In this document: piece after piece, positions 29,925 to 42,676 of the stretch | How positions within the stretch are numbered: the first letter of the stretch is position 1 | How the letters are laid out: each line of letters begins with the position of its first letter | From: the human T2T-CHM13v2.0 reference genome, Homo sapiens | Direction: 5' to 3' (one strand) | Length of the DNA: 64,000 nt | NCBI RefSeq assembly: GCF_009914755.1 | Contig: NC_060926.1 | Notes under the pieces: generated by a model | Databases searched by the model: none | What the model was told of the DNA's origin: nothing | Seen by the model: the letters and a program-made list of their open reading frames with translations, nothing else | Translations under genes and position numbers: made by a program

Positions 29925-31025
29925 AAAAGAAAACTTCGGGCCAATATTCCTGATGAACATTGATGCAAAAAGTCTCAATAAAATTCTGACAAACTGAATA
30001 TAGTAGCACACCAAAAAGTTTATCCACCACCATCAAGTTGGCTTCATCCAAGGGTGGTTCAACATACACAAATCAATAAATGTAATTCATCACATAAACA
30101 GATCTAAAGACAAAAACTTCATGATTATTTCAATAGACACAGAAAAGGTCTTCAACAAAATTCAACATCCCTTCATGTTAAAAACTCTCCATAACCTAGG
30201 TATTGAAGAAACTTACCTCAAAATAGTGAGAACCATTATGACAAACCCACAGCCAATATACTGATGAGCAAAAGCTAGAAGCATTCCCCTTGAAAACTGG
30301 CACAAGACAAGGATGCCCTCTCTCACCACTGCTAGTCAACATAGTATTGGAAGTTCTGGCCATGGCAATCAGGCTACAGAAAGAAAGAAAGGGTATTCAA
30401 ATAAGAAGAGAGGCAGTCAAATTGTCTTTTCAGATGGCATGATCCAATATTTAGAAAACCTCATCATTTCAGCCCCAAATCTTCTTAAGCTTATAAGCAA
30501 CTTCAGCAAAGTCTCTATGATTTTATAAAATCAATGTGCAAAAGTCACAAGCATTTCTATGCACCAACAGCAGTCAAGCACAGAGCCAAATAATGAATGA
30601 ACTCCCATTCATTATTGCTAGAAAGAGAATAAAATACCTGAGAATACAGCTAACAAGGGAAATGAAGGACCTCCTTGAAGAGAGCTACAAACCACTGCTC
30701 AAGGAAATCAGAGAGGACAAAAACAAATGGAAAAACATTCCATGCTTATGGATAGGAAGAATCAATATTGTGAAAATGGCCATACTGCCCAAAGTAATTT
30801 ATAGATTCAATGCTATTCCTATTAAACTATGCTTGACATTGTTTACAGAATTAGAAGAAACTATTTTAAAATTCATATGAAACCAAAAATAGCTCACATA
30901 GCCAACACAATCCTAAGCATAAAGAACAAAGCTGGAGACATCATGCTACCCAACTTCAAACTGTGCTACAAGGCTATAGTAACCAAAACAGCATGGTACT
31001 GGTACAAAAACAGACACATAAACCA
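28300..31025 (-). mobile_element. L1PA (about L1PA8-13) with a 5' inversion (twin priming)
   Basis: 28300-29654 is the minus-strand 3' part; 29655-31025 is upstream ORF2 on the plus strand. TSD-like attttcttcacttttt (28283) and atttttctgacttttt (31026). Confidence 0.92.
29785..29933. repeat. Poly-A/(GAAA)n microsatellite expanded inside L1 ORF2
   Basis: Long gaaa run between 'agatacaacaac' and 'aaacttcgggccaatattcc'. Confidence 0.95.
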
Positions 31026-34000
31026 ATTTTTCTGACTTTTTGATGTACGATTTTAGCACTACAAGCTTTTCTCTTAACCCAGCTTTAGCTGTGTGCCAGA
31101 GATTATGGTATGTTGTATCTTTGGTTTCTTTAGTTTTAAATAATTATTGATTTCTGACTTAATTTTATTGTTACTATAAAGTCATTTAGAAGGTGTCTGT
31201 TTTATTTCCATATCATTGTGTGGTTTTGAGAACTCTTCTTACTATCGATTTCTATTTTTATTGCACTATGATCTGAAAGTATGATTGGTGTGATTTTGGC
31301 TTTTATAAATTTGTGGATATTGTTTTATGGCTGATTGTGTGGTAAATTTTAAGTTATGTACCATGTCCAGATAAGAACAATGTATTTTCTATTGTTGGTT
31401 GGAGTGTTCTGCGGGTGATGTTAGGTCCATATGATCAAGTGTCGAGTTCAGGTTCTAAATATCTTTGTCAGTTTTCTGCATTGATGGTCTGTCTAATATT
31501 GTAGGTGGGGTGTTGAAGTCCCTCACTATTATTGTGTGGTTATCTAAGTCTCTTTGTAGGTCTCTAAGAACTTGTTTCATAAATCTGGGTTCTCCAGTGT
31601 TGTGTTCATATATATAGTATAATTAAGTCTTCTTGCTGAATTGAACCCATTATTGTAATGTAATACCCTTCCTGGTCTTTTTTGAGCAGTATTGTTTTAA
31701 TATGTGTCTTGTCTGGAATTAAAATAACAACCCTTGCTTTCTTATGTTTTTCATTTGCTTATTGAGTGTTTTCCCATTTCTTTACTTTGAGGCTACAGAT
31801 GTCTTTGCATGTCAGATGAGTCTCTTGAAGACAGCAGACAGTTTTGTCTTTCTTCTTTATCCAAATTGCCACTCTGTGCCTTTAAAATGGGACATCTAAC
31901 CCATTTACATTCAAGGTTAATATTGATATGTGCAGATTTGATTCCATCATTGTGTTGTTAGCTGGTTGTTACAGAGACTTAATTTTGTAGTCACTTAATA
32001 GTGTCAATGGTCTATGTACAAAAGTGTGTTTTTGTGGTGGCTGGAAACCATCTTTCATTTCTGTTTAGCACTCCCTTAAGGACCACTTGTAAGGCTTGTC
32101 TAGTGATAATAAATTATCTTAGCATTTGCTCATCTGAAAAGGGTCTTATTTCTCATTCACATATGAAGCTTAGTTTGGCTGGATACAAAATTACCAGCTG
32201 GAATTTCTTTTTTTTTTTTTTTGGAAAAAAAAAATGGGCTTCCCTTTTTTGTTGACCTTCCACTTCTCTCTAGTTGTCTTTAATACTTTTTCTTTCACAT
32301 TGTCCTTGGAGAATATGATGACTGAGTGTCTTGGTGATACTCATCTTGTATAGAATCTCAAAGGGGTTCTCTTAATTTTCTGAATTTGAGTATTAACCTC
32401 TATAGTGATGTTGGGGAAATATCACGGACAATATCCTCAAATATATTTTTCAAATTGTCTGCTCTCTGTCCATCTCTTTCAGGAATGCCAGTTGGTCATA
32501 AGTTCAGTGTCTCTACATAATGCCATATTTCTCAGAGGTTTTGTTCATTTGTTTCTATTCTTTATTTATGTCACACTAAATTGATTAAAAAAAAACAGTC
32601 TTTGAGCTCTGAGAGTCTTTCTTCAGCTTGGTCTATTCTGCTGTTACACTTCTAATTGTATTATAAAACTATATTATTATTATAAAATTCAATCATAAAA
32701 TCTCTATTAGATCAGCTTGGTTCTTTCATAAAACGGTTATTTCATCTTTCATCTCTTTATTGGATTCCTTGGATTGGGTTTTGACTTTCTCTTGAATCTC
32801 AGTGATCTTCATTCCTATCAAGATTTTGAATTCTATGTCTATCATTTCAGCCATTTCAGACTGGTTAAGAACCATTCTTTGTAATCTAGTGTGGTTGTCT
32901 GGAGGTGACAGGACACTTTGAATTTTTGAATTGCCAGAGTTTCTACACTTGGTTCTTTCCCATCTGTTTGGGCTGGTATTCCTTTCATCTTTGAATTTGG
33001 TATCCTTTGGCTTGGTTTCTTTGCTTCTATACTCTCTTTTGCCCTTAAGGGTTTGACTGTGGAATAAGGTAGGTTCAGTTGACTGGTTTCACTTCTGGAA
33101 GATTTCATGGGGCCAAGGCTCAGCTTAGCACTCCTGGACTGCGTGCTCTAAACTTGGGGGGCTGGGACCATGGCTTTTTTCTCTGGCTCCTTGATGTTAC
33201 ATACTTGCTGCACTGGAGGAGGAGCTGAGGTGTTTCTGCTGGTCACAATTCTCCAATGGGGGAGGTGCCCAGTGAAGCACTTCACTGGAGTGGGGCAGCA
33301 ATGTCTACACTTGTGCGTGCATGCCAGCAGCAAAAGAATGGAACATCACATCAGTGGGGATGAGGTGCTGACAGAAGCAGAGTGAATGTGTGTACCAGTG
33401 GGGGCAAGGCAATGAATTTCACCTTCACACATGTGTTGGCAAAGCAGTGGGGAGAGGTTGCAGTGTGGCGGGGATGTAGGTGGGTGGGTGCATATCAGTG
33501 AAATACCATCTGCTGGGGCTGTCCAATAGTTAGGCACAGTCTGCCGGCAAAGGAGCACTATGGCAGCAGCCACTGGGAAGCACTTCTGTCAGACATCTAA
33601 GGCTGCACTGCAAGTGGGTGTGACCAGGTAGGGACCCTGGGGGAGGCCGACAGACAGAGAGGTGCTCAAATCAGACTGGCCCCATACCATGGGCTAGACT
33701 GCTCTGCTGTACCTAGGTCCAACCTTCAACAAAAGCCAAAGCCATGTATAGGAGCATGGCAAGCCTCAGGGGATGGGCATCCCAGGCCATGCTCCAATGT
33801 AGCCATTCTCCTCACCAAACACTTTGGGCTCTGCACAGGCTTGAGTCATGTCCCTGCCACTTTCCCAAACAGCTCTGTTTGTCAACTCATATGTCCGTGG
33901 GGTTTGTAGAGTCTCCTGCAGCTAGAATTCCAGAGGTCCATGGTGAGAGTGGGCCACTCTTCACCTATCTAACTCACCCTTTCCTCAGGAGCTGCTGGGC

Positions 34001-36639
34001 GGCATGAATGAGTCCTGGTGCTCAGCAGCCTTGTTCAGGGTTCCCAGCTTCCTCTTCCTTCAGCCCAGGATCTGCATCCTCCCTTCATCCACTCTAAATG
34101 CCTTTCTTCTGAAGATCTGCTTGGAGTGTGCCAACTTTCTTGAAGTTCAGTCTCTCCGTGCGAGATGCTCTTCCTGGCCATGTCTGGTCAGCCATCTTGG
34201 TTCCTTCTCAGTTATTATTTTCTCAAATAGGTTTTTATCCCTTCATTTCCTCTTTGCCTCCTGGGACACCAAAAATTCAAACATTTGGTTACGTTATGGT
34301 GTCCCATATATCATGGAAGTTTTGTTCATTCTTTTTTGTGTTGTTTTTTATTAATTTTTGTATGACTAGACTATTTTAAAAGGCCTGGCTTCAAGTTCTG
34401 AAATTCTTTCTTATTCTTGATCCAATGTATTTTTGAAGCTTTTGAATACATTTTGTATTTCATTCAATAAATTCTTTAATTCCAGAATTTCTGAGGGTTT
34501 TTTTTTGTTGTCGTTGTTTGATTTTATGATATCTTTTTGGTAAATCCCTCATTCATATCTTGATTTTCTTTTAGGTATTTATATTGTTTTTTCTGTATTC
34601 TCTTGTTTCTCACTCAGCTTCATTAATATCATATTTTAATTTTTCCTGGGATTTTATATATTTCTTTCTGACTGGAATCTCTTGCTGGATAATTATTCTG
34701 TTTCTGTAGAGGTGTCATATTTTCTTGCTTCTTCATATTTCTTGTGTTCTTACATTGATATCCATACATCTGGCATAATAGTCATTTCTTCCAATTATTT
34801 GAATTTGCTTTCATGGGGAGGACTTTTTCCTGAATAGGTATCTATGATGTTATTTGGGTAGGGCTCTTTGGTTTGGATTTTGGGTACATATAGTATTGTG
34901 GTCCCCATATGATTTCCTCAGCTGTAAATAGTGACAGTGGTGTCTGCAATTTCCTCAGTGGCTTAGGGTGCAGTTGTTAGTAGAGGCTGTGGTTAAGTTT
35001 TGCTGGTTACAGGATGCCCAGTTAGCCTGTCCTCAATCCCCACTGGTGGCAGCACTGAGCTGAGTATGCCTGTCCTTGGCCACTAGGACAGTGTGTGCTG
35101 GCACCAGTATTAATGAATCCAGGCTGGCCAATTTTTGTGCCTCCAGGTAACTTGCTTGATAGTGGCAGTAGGTGGCCAGGTGAGCAGGCAGGTTCTCAAG
35201 ACCCTGGGCAGTAGGTGTGGCATGGGCAATGGCAGTAGCAGTGGTAGGACTTACCTCTGGGTCCCAAGTGGTCCATGTTATTGTTAGCAGTAGCTATGAT
35301 GGGCTGAGTGGGCCAGTCCCTGGGCCTACAAGTCGTATGTCTGGATGGGTGCCAGCTGTGGTGGTAATGACAGGTTGGGTGGACCTGACTTCAGGCCTCT
35401 GGGAGAAGTGCTGAGCTGCCAACAATGGTAAGCTGGGCTGAGTGAACCCCAGGCTCTTGGATAGAGTTCTCAGACACCAAGGGGTGGAGTCAAGAGAGTC
35501 AGATTTGTCTTCAGGCCCCTGATGGTGCCTGCAGAGACTGACTTTGCTAGACAGGGATGGGGTGACCCCCAGGCCAAGACAGAATGCTTAGGTGGGGGAG
35601 GTAGTGGCTGTACTATAGGTTTGCTGCTGGAGAGGCCAGGATTGCCTTCAATGAAAGCAGCCTAATAAAGGATGCTGCCAAGCGTGTACTTCACTTGCTC
35701 TTCATCCCAAGCAGCAGCAGCAGCCTGCAGTGGAAGCTGCTGGAGGCAGGGGAATTTATCCTTGGGGTGCATGAAAATACATGGTGGCTTCACTGCTGTA
35801 GATAAGGGGTTTTTTGCCAGTGGTTTGCACTTCAACCTTGATGGCAACAGCCGATCGTGGTGGTGACTGAGGGTGGGCAATATCAGTGGGCCTCCAGAGA
35901 TGTGGAGGTGCAGGGACTGTTGGGCTCCCAGTCAGGATGCAGCCTGGTGGGGGCTGGGTTCTCAGGAAGGCATCATGCTATATAATTGCTTAAGGCTCAG
36001 GGGGTGTGTGGGACCCAATGTGATCTTGATCCTTGAAGCAATGCCTTTGCCCAGTTTCCAGGCAGTTTCCTATGTTATTCTTGGGCTCTTGAGGGTTTAG
36101 GGACTTTGCTGTGGCTGGGAGGCAGGAGTCTACAGTAGGAATGCAGACCACTGGGGTCACTCACTTATCCTTTCCTACACTCGGAAGCCTCTCTAGGGTC
36201 TCCACAAATTCTTGCCAACCAGGCTTTCTCACTTTCCTGTTCTTTCCTTGCTTTGGGCATTTTCTGTCACTTTTCTGTTGAATGAATAATAATAGATTTC
36301 TTTAAAACAGAACAATTTATCTGAGCTTTCTAAACTGATGAGAGGACCACTAAATATGTTATATGGAGGTGTATACCCTAGATATACTAGGAAAATTTTC
36401 TAGTAATTATATATATGATAGAAATACTGAAATAAAGAGGTGGTGAAGAGAGAAATTGGCATGTATGTCTATTCATCCTATATGAGCAGCACCGGTATTG
36501 AACTATGATTTTCTTCATTGTGGGAGAGAATATAAACAAAAGTCATGATATTGCCTGACTTCTCAGAAGGTATGACTTAACTACACCATTTTTCTCTAAT
36601 AAAGTAACTAAATTGCCTAGAAATTAACATCATTGTATC

Positions 36640-37215
36640 TGCTGGTATAGGTATGTTTGTGGAATTGCCTTCTTACTCCTCAATCCTGGGAAATTCCTAT
36701 TCATTCCTTAGAGCTCAGTCCAAACCTTACCTTGACTGTCTCCCTGCACTGTGCTCTTAAAAAACTTGTACTTCCTGCAATTAGAGAAAAATTATCATAT
36801 GAGTCTGAATTTTCCATGACATATTTGTCTCCCATTCTCCTTAATAGTCCTCTATGAGAACAAGCAATTTGTCTTGTACCCCAGTGGTAGTAGTAATATA
36901 TAGAAAAGAATATTAGAGTCAGATTTTGGCAACATTTTTGCTAACTCTGAACATGGGCAAGTTACTTAGGCTCTCTGGACTTGAATTTGAAACATATAAG
37001 CTAAGTTTGATTGTACATACCTTATGGGGTACTTATGAGGCTTAGATATGATTTATGTGATGTGTCCAGGGCAATGCAGGTGAGTAGTTGGCATTTAAGT
37101 AACAAAAGTCACAGTGGTATGTGGGATAAAGGTGATGCGATATTGTATTTCATTACTTACAGTGTACCTGGCACACAAAACATGTCTGTTGCATTTACAC
37201 ATGAACACTGAATGT
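36640..37215 (+). mobile_element. L2 3' fragment split by a MIR
   Basis: ttcctattcattccttagagctcag...tctatgagaacaagc, then cagtgtacctggcacacaaa...actgaatg. Confidence 0.55.
36885..37105 (+). mobile_element. MIR SINE
   Basis: tagagtcaga...catgggcaagttacttaggctctctgg...tatgaggcttagatatgat. Confidence 0.75.
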
Positions 37216-40200
37216 TGAATACTTCACTGGAACAAGTGAAGTTAAGGATTACTTCTGCCATAACAGATTTCAGTCTTTGAAGATTTTTCATACTGAAGAA
37301 ATCCATCTATTACCAATAGTTCATTTTCTTCCAACATCCAACAGCAAATATTCTGACTCCTCTCATATTCTTGTAAGTCTCGTTTTTTTCTAGTCATAAA
37401 AAACTTGTCAATAAACACAACTTGTTTGAAAAATGCTAGACATATACCAGGCTGTATAACTAAAACCTATTAAATAATTTACCCAAATTTCAAACTTTAT
37501 ATAATGGCATATGTTTCCATTTCTTTCAATAAAAACTTAGTCATATTTTAGGGTTTCAAAAAAGTTGTCCAGTCAATAAAAGAGGTATAATGTTAGAGCA
37601 ATGAAAACGTCATTGGACTAAAGATAAGGGGGTGAGATGGGGTGTGGGGGCAATTTTTGATTAAAGGATGACTTGTGCATTTGTTTTTCTAGTACCAATA
37701 TGATCAGTTTCAAAATGGAAGCTATACTGGAACTACATAACACAAGGAAATTTTTATACATCAAATAGAGTTCTCCATCTGCCTCACTCCATATTGTTTT
37801 TTTTCTCGAGAGATCAAATCACAAAGACAAAGAAGACTCTCTACTATCTGCTAGGTATACTTATCATAGACACAATAGAAAGGTAAGTAAAGAGGCAGCT
37901 GACTAAGCCAGTTATTTTTACGACAAAATAGCCATTGGACATTTCCATGACTATAGTGTTATTTGGAGATTTAACCTAACTTGAAATCAATTCCCGTGTA
38001 GTGAAGTGAAACTAGCAATGTCCAGGAGCCCAGCTTGCAGAAAAGTCGGCATTCGAAAATGAAAATATATTACAATGCTAGCATCTTTCTAACCACTTCT
38101 CCCACAAATTATTCATTTAGACAGCTTATGAATTGGATTTGCAACCGGTGTTATGCCATACACAGTACAAAGGAATGAATGCTTGGTGGACTTTATCTGT
38201 TAATTATATAACGCATGATGTCAGATTTCATATTGCCTGGGGTTTCTGTTGTTAACCTTTAACAAATTTTAACTATGTGCTTCTTCTACATGTTTAGAAA
38301 GCTCTAAAAGACTAAGATTTCTTGGATAGTCTTAGATATCCAGACTGTGCTTGTCCAGTAGGCGGTATTTTAGATGTGACTTAGGAGATCATTGAAGTTA
38401 GAGGACATTTGTTCATGACACTTTTAAGTTGGAATCACCTCCCAGAAGCAAGTATGATCTGTTGAAGTACTGTGAATAAAGGTTAATTTTTAATGACTGA
38501 GCAGTAGAGTAAAAGTTTCTTTTACCTCTTTTTTTCTTTAATTTTTAGCTAATGTGATGTGAATATGGTGGATAATTAGAAAAGTCTCAAAATGCATTCT
38601 AAATTCATAATTTTTTGCTTTTCTTAATTACCTTTGAACATTCTTCTTGTTAAACGAATACCCCAAAATGATGATTAAAAAAAGCTAGTAGTCAGCTCCT
38701 GCCAGCCATAAATCAACATTTTTCTTGACACAATGAGTTTTCATTTATCTCTGGTATGCAGCACTTAAGGATTGATGTGTTCTAACTGTACTTTTAAGGA
38801 CAGATTTTCATGTGAATACAAGCACTGGCATTTAAACAAAGAAAATCATTAATCTGAATCTAAACTTTATATTAACTATTTCACTTTTTTTTTTTTCCTC
38901 CCTGTTTGCCTGTCTTTTCTCCTTTCTATTCTCAAGGTCATTTTCTGCCATTTCCAAAGGCACTTTAAATTTTACCTAGAGTTTTTGGTTGCCTGTTAGA
39001 TGAAGGGCTAAGTGATTATTTTGCAGCAAGAAAATGAAAGTTAGATGAACCTTGACATACCACTCAGGGTATAATTCATATCACCAGGATTTATCCACTT
39101 TAGGAACTAAACAGTTAACCTAATCATCTCATTTTATTGCTAATTTAGAAAAGCTTTTCCCCCTCTAAGTACACTCTCACTTTTCTAAATTCACTGCTCA
39201 TGACCTGAGCCTTTTATCCACTGCACTATTACCAACAGCTAATCCCTCTCACTTATTGATAATTGGACAAAACTGAACAACGTGCCAACTCCTGAACACA
39301 GCATACCACTGAGGGTCCTATTCAGTTATTCCCGAAAAACCACATTGGTTTCCAAGTTTGGTTCTTTTGTGGCATATCAATGGGAAACAAGTGAGAGATT
39401 TTCTCATTGCTTAGGAATTTCGCCAATTCTAACCTGCTCATTGAACAATCTTTCTAAGGAATAACATTTACAGTTTATATAGTTCACAGATCTTCCCTTT
39501 CTTACAGTTCAATGAATAGTCTGCAATTCTTGTTTACTGAAATAATTACTTAATGCATATATTTAGGCTATAATTATACCATAAGTATCTCCTCCAGAAC
39601 TTAGTTTATTTTGTCGATCCAATGCAAATTCAAACGAGAGATGCCCCAGTGTCTGGGGCTCATGCAGATTTATCACAGGATTAAGCCACAGGCACTACTT
39701 TCTATTTGCTTAATTAGTTCTTGAAATTATAGAAGCCTATGATTTGATGCCACATAGAAATCAATGCAATACTTTCTTAAGGGGATATTCCATCAAACTG
39801 TGAAACTGCATTATATCATACATGCAGGTGTAGGAAATATTTTGTATCTTTAAATTTAATAAACATATTTAATGGCATCTGCTAGCATGAAACAAGCCTT
39901 TGGGGCATATGTTAGGAAGCAAGGACAAAGACTTTGGCAACTGAATTATTATAGAATGAAATTAAAAGCTTACAACAGGGTAGCATTCAGAGATGCTCAC
40001 AAAGAGGGTACAATGCAGTTCACACATTCATGGCTTGAATTTATGCCCTTTCCAATTCAATGGGACAGTGTTGGCTGCTTTTCACTACCTTCACACAGCC
40101 ACAGGAAAATGAGGGCCCAGGAAGGGGCACACATGGCTTCTCTGCATTGGTTCTCCCTGGAACCTTCTTTTCAATTTTCCCCTAACATGACCATGTTTTC

Positions 40201-40644
40201 TCACAGCCTTTAACATACTTCACATGTTGATTTCCCTAGAAGTTTGATATTAAAACACAGATGGGACGCCATGAATTTTTATTAAATTTGAGCGCTTATG
40301 TTTAGAAGAATTGGGAAAGTGGCCAATGAATGGATTAAATGATACTCAGAGTTAGAAAATTGGCCATTTAAGGAAGTTAAGTGACTCAAGACACAGGAAG
40401 AAAAAAATGAAATGCAAAAAATGTTTGAAAGTGACAAGCATGTGAGGAAATCCACTGTATTGATGCCTTTATTGTCCCTTTTGAAGAATTTTTAAATACC
40501 CCTCCAAATTGTTTTATTTTGCAAGTCACCAAAATTAAATTCGTTTTAAGTTAGATGCCCACAATGGTTTTTTTTTCCAGATTTTTTACACCTTTCATTT
40601 GAGAGTTGCATTATTAACTAACTTATCAGCACTGATGATAATTT

Positions 40645-40725
40645 ATTAATTCATTCACTCACTTACTCATGCACCAAATACAATTTGCCCCCTGCTCTGC
40701 ATCAAGCACAAGGCAAATAAGGTCT
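40645..40725 (-). mobile_element. L2 3' end fragment
   Basis: attcattcactcacttactcatgcaccaaata...ctgctctgcatcaagcac. Confidence 0.55.
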
Positions 40726-41239
40726 TCCTATGGAAAACGTTAATTTTCATAAGATGTGGCAAAGCCATGGCATGTTTCCATCAATGAGAGGTTGTAGTGG
40801 TGACAGAATGGGAGCTGTTTCAAAAAGGCTGACATGCTGTCTACATGTCAGAGACTCCACCAGGAATAAGGCCCAGAGCATTAGGGTCTCTGGAATTCCT
40901 CCCCATGGTTCCTCCAGGGAATCAAGTCCTAATGTCTACAGCATCCATCATAGGTAATAAATTAATTTCTTGCCTATTCCTTCAGATGGTATTAGTAATG
41001 GACCTCATAAGAATTAAGAATACGACCTCTCAAGTTATTTTCTGTGTTTCAGGGTTTGGAAGAAGAACCCCAGTTGAGAAAGGACATAGGCTTCCATAGG
41101 CCAACTGTCCATATAGGGCTTTATAACTTGATTTTAGGGATAAAGAAAGCCAGAGAAAATTGTTTAAAGTGAGTATAATAGTGTTTTGATATTGGTTATT
41201 TGGTTTGCTTATTAGAAATAATTAAACTACATTGCTTTC

Positions 41240-41690
41240 TTATGTGGCTGTTTTACTTGTTATTTTCTGCTTCCTCCTTCTCTCAAGCCAGACCCATTCT
41301 CCATACTTCCCTGCCTTTCCTTGTGCTTGGAGGCTGACCTCCCCATGGACCACTCGCTGGCTTTCAGGAGAGTTCAGCAAATAGTAGGCACCGGTGGAGG
41401 ACTGGTGCTTTGGTGGATAGAGAGGATTGGAGTGGCTCCCTCCAAGCATGGGCCTGGGGTGTGGCTCTGTTACGGGTAGTCTCTTTCCACCTCTGCACTG
41501 GCTCCTGCAGCATGAGCCTGTAATTCTTTCTGTCCTCTTTAGGCTGAGGGATGATAACAGACCATGAGTAAAGTCTGAGTTTGTCACAGGTTCTGTCAAC
41601 CCCACCTATACTTCCTAAACTCTCCTCACTACACCTGTTTGTATTGAGTCCTCTTGACATCTGGACCCTGCTGATTTCAGTAAACAGCAG
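41240..41690. mobile_element. Old ERVL-type LTR (LTR33-like)
   Basis: gacccattctcc...ggaggctgacc...ctggctttcagg...ggcaccggtggagga...ggaccctgctga. Confidence 0.55.
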
Positions 41691-42574
41691 CAGAATACTG
41701 AATACTGATGCCTCTGATAATTTTGTGTCAGTTAACAGTCGAGTTTTCTTTTATGTAGGAGAAATGTGCTTTAGTTAGGTCTGGAGAATAGACTTCCAAG
41801 CTATACCAAATTATCGTATGATTTTTCTAAACACAAATTTTGAAGACACCAGTATTTATCATGGTTTGATATTAATTACACAGGAAAATATTTTCATTTC
41901 CTATTCCATATAGAAGAATTTTTATCATATTTATAGTATTGATGAAAAAAATGTGTGTGCTACATCTGAATATTTACCTCAAAAGATAGAAAATAATATT
42001 CATTTGTGTATAGAAATTACTATTAAAATAATAGCAAATTTGAGAAAGGCATTACACAAAAGCAGTTCCTTTTAACATATATATTTCCTTCCTATTTATT
42101 CCAGTAAACAAATACAGTGGCCAACACAAAGATAATTTCTAAGAATTAAGAAAAATGCCTATTGCTCACTTTTTCCTGTGGTTAGTGTTTCTAGTTTGAG
42201 AGTTAGATAGCTTAAAATCTCTCAAAGTTTGCATTTTTATGTCTGACTCAATTTATCCCAATAAAATAACATGGTTGCAAGGCCTGGATTAAGGTTCTGT
42301 GTAGAATCCCAGAGAAGTCCACAATTTGCTTTATGCTGTCATTTTAGTATTCCCTGTACTCATAGTGTCATTTTTTTTTCAACTTGCCTTGGATTCCTAG
42401 AGTCAGCAATGAGCTTTAATTTGTAAACATTTTTTTACCCATTTACATATAAAGCAACTACTATTATCACTAGGCAGCTGGTTGAAACAAACATCAGTAA
42501 TAAGTCATGAAGTCATAAAATACAAGTGCTGTATCTCTTTAATTACTGAGTGTAAACCGCATTATGTGGGATAC

Positions 42575-42676
42575 TTGTAATCCGATTTGGAGTAGCATTT
42601 TGACCAACTGTCCAGAAGCCTGTAACTGAAGCTGCGGAAAGCAGACCCCGAAACAGTATTTTTAGTAGTTCCCAAG
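42575..42676 (-). other. Candidate spliced exon (gene not identified)
   Basis: Strong minus-strand acceptor (tttgtctgattttctttttaccag|CTTGGG). Possible donors ACAA|gtatcc (102 nt) or CTCA|gtaatt (130 nt). CpGs retained; two frames open over the 102 nt. Confidence 0.3.

Larger units (their letters stand above)
25190..34205 (-). mobile_element. Full-length L1PA15/16-like element, interrupted at 28300-31025
   Basis: 3' end tttcaacttttattttagat; ORF2/ORF1 remnants; 5' start reads ggaaccaagatggctgaccag on the minus strand. The host L1MA rejoins as gaagttttcag|ttattattttc. Confidence 0.9.
12478..36284 (-). mobile_element. Near-full-length L1MA (L1MA2/3-like), split into four blocks: 12478-15705, 23251-24258, 24651-25185, 34206-36284
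   Basis: L1MA 3' end (tgtatgaggtacatgtgata...catagaatgtg); ORF2/ORF1 collinear across the insertions; GC-richer 5'UTR at ~34900-36284. TSD AATAATAATAGA at 12462-12473 and 36285-36296. Confidence 0.88.

Noticed and set aside
29615-30069. KERK-rich and FFLS-rich ORFs on both strands
   Set aside because: They are translations of the (GAAA)n microsatellite.
33100-36280. GC-richer stretches as a host promoter or CpG island
   Set aside because: They are CpG-depleted and are the 5'UTRs of the two minus-strand L1 elements.
39872-40213. 113-aa ORF in unique sequence
   Set aside because: It has no recognisable domain or splice context, and ORFs of this length are expected by chance in 64 kb.
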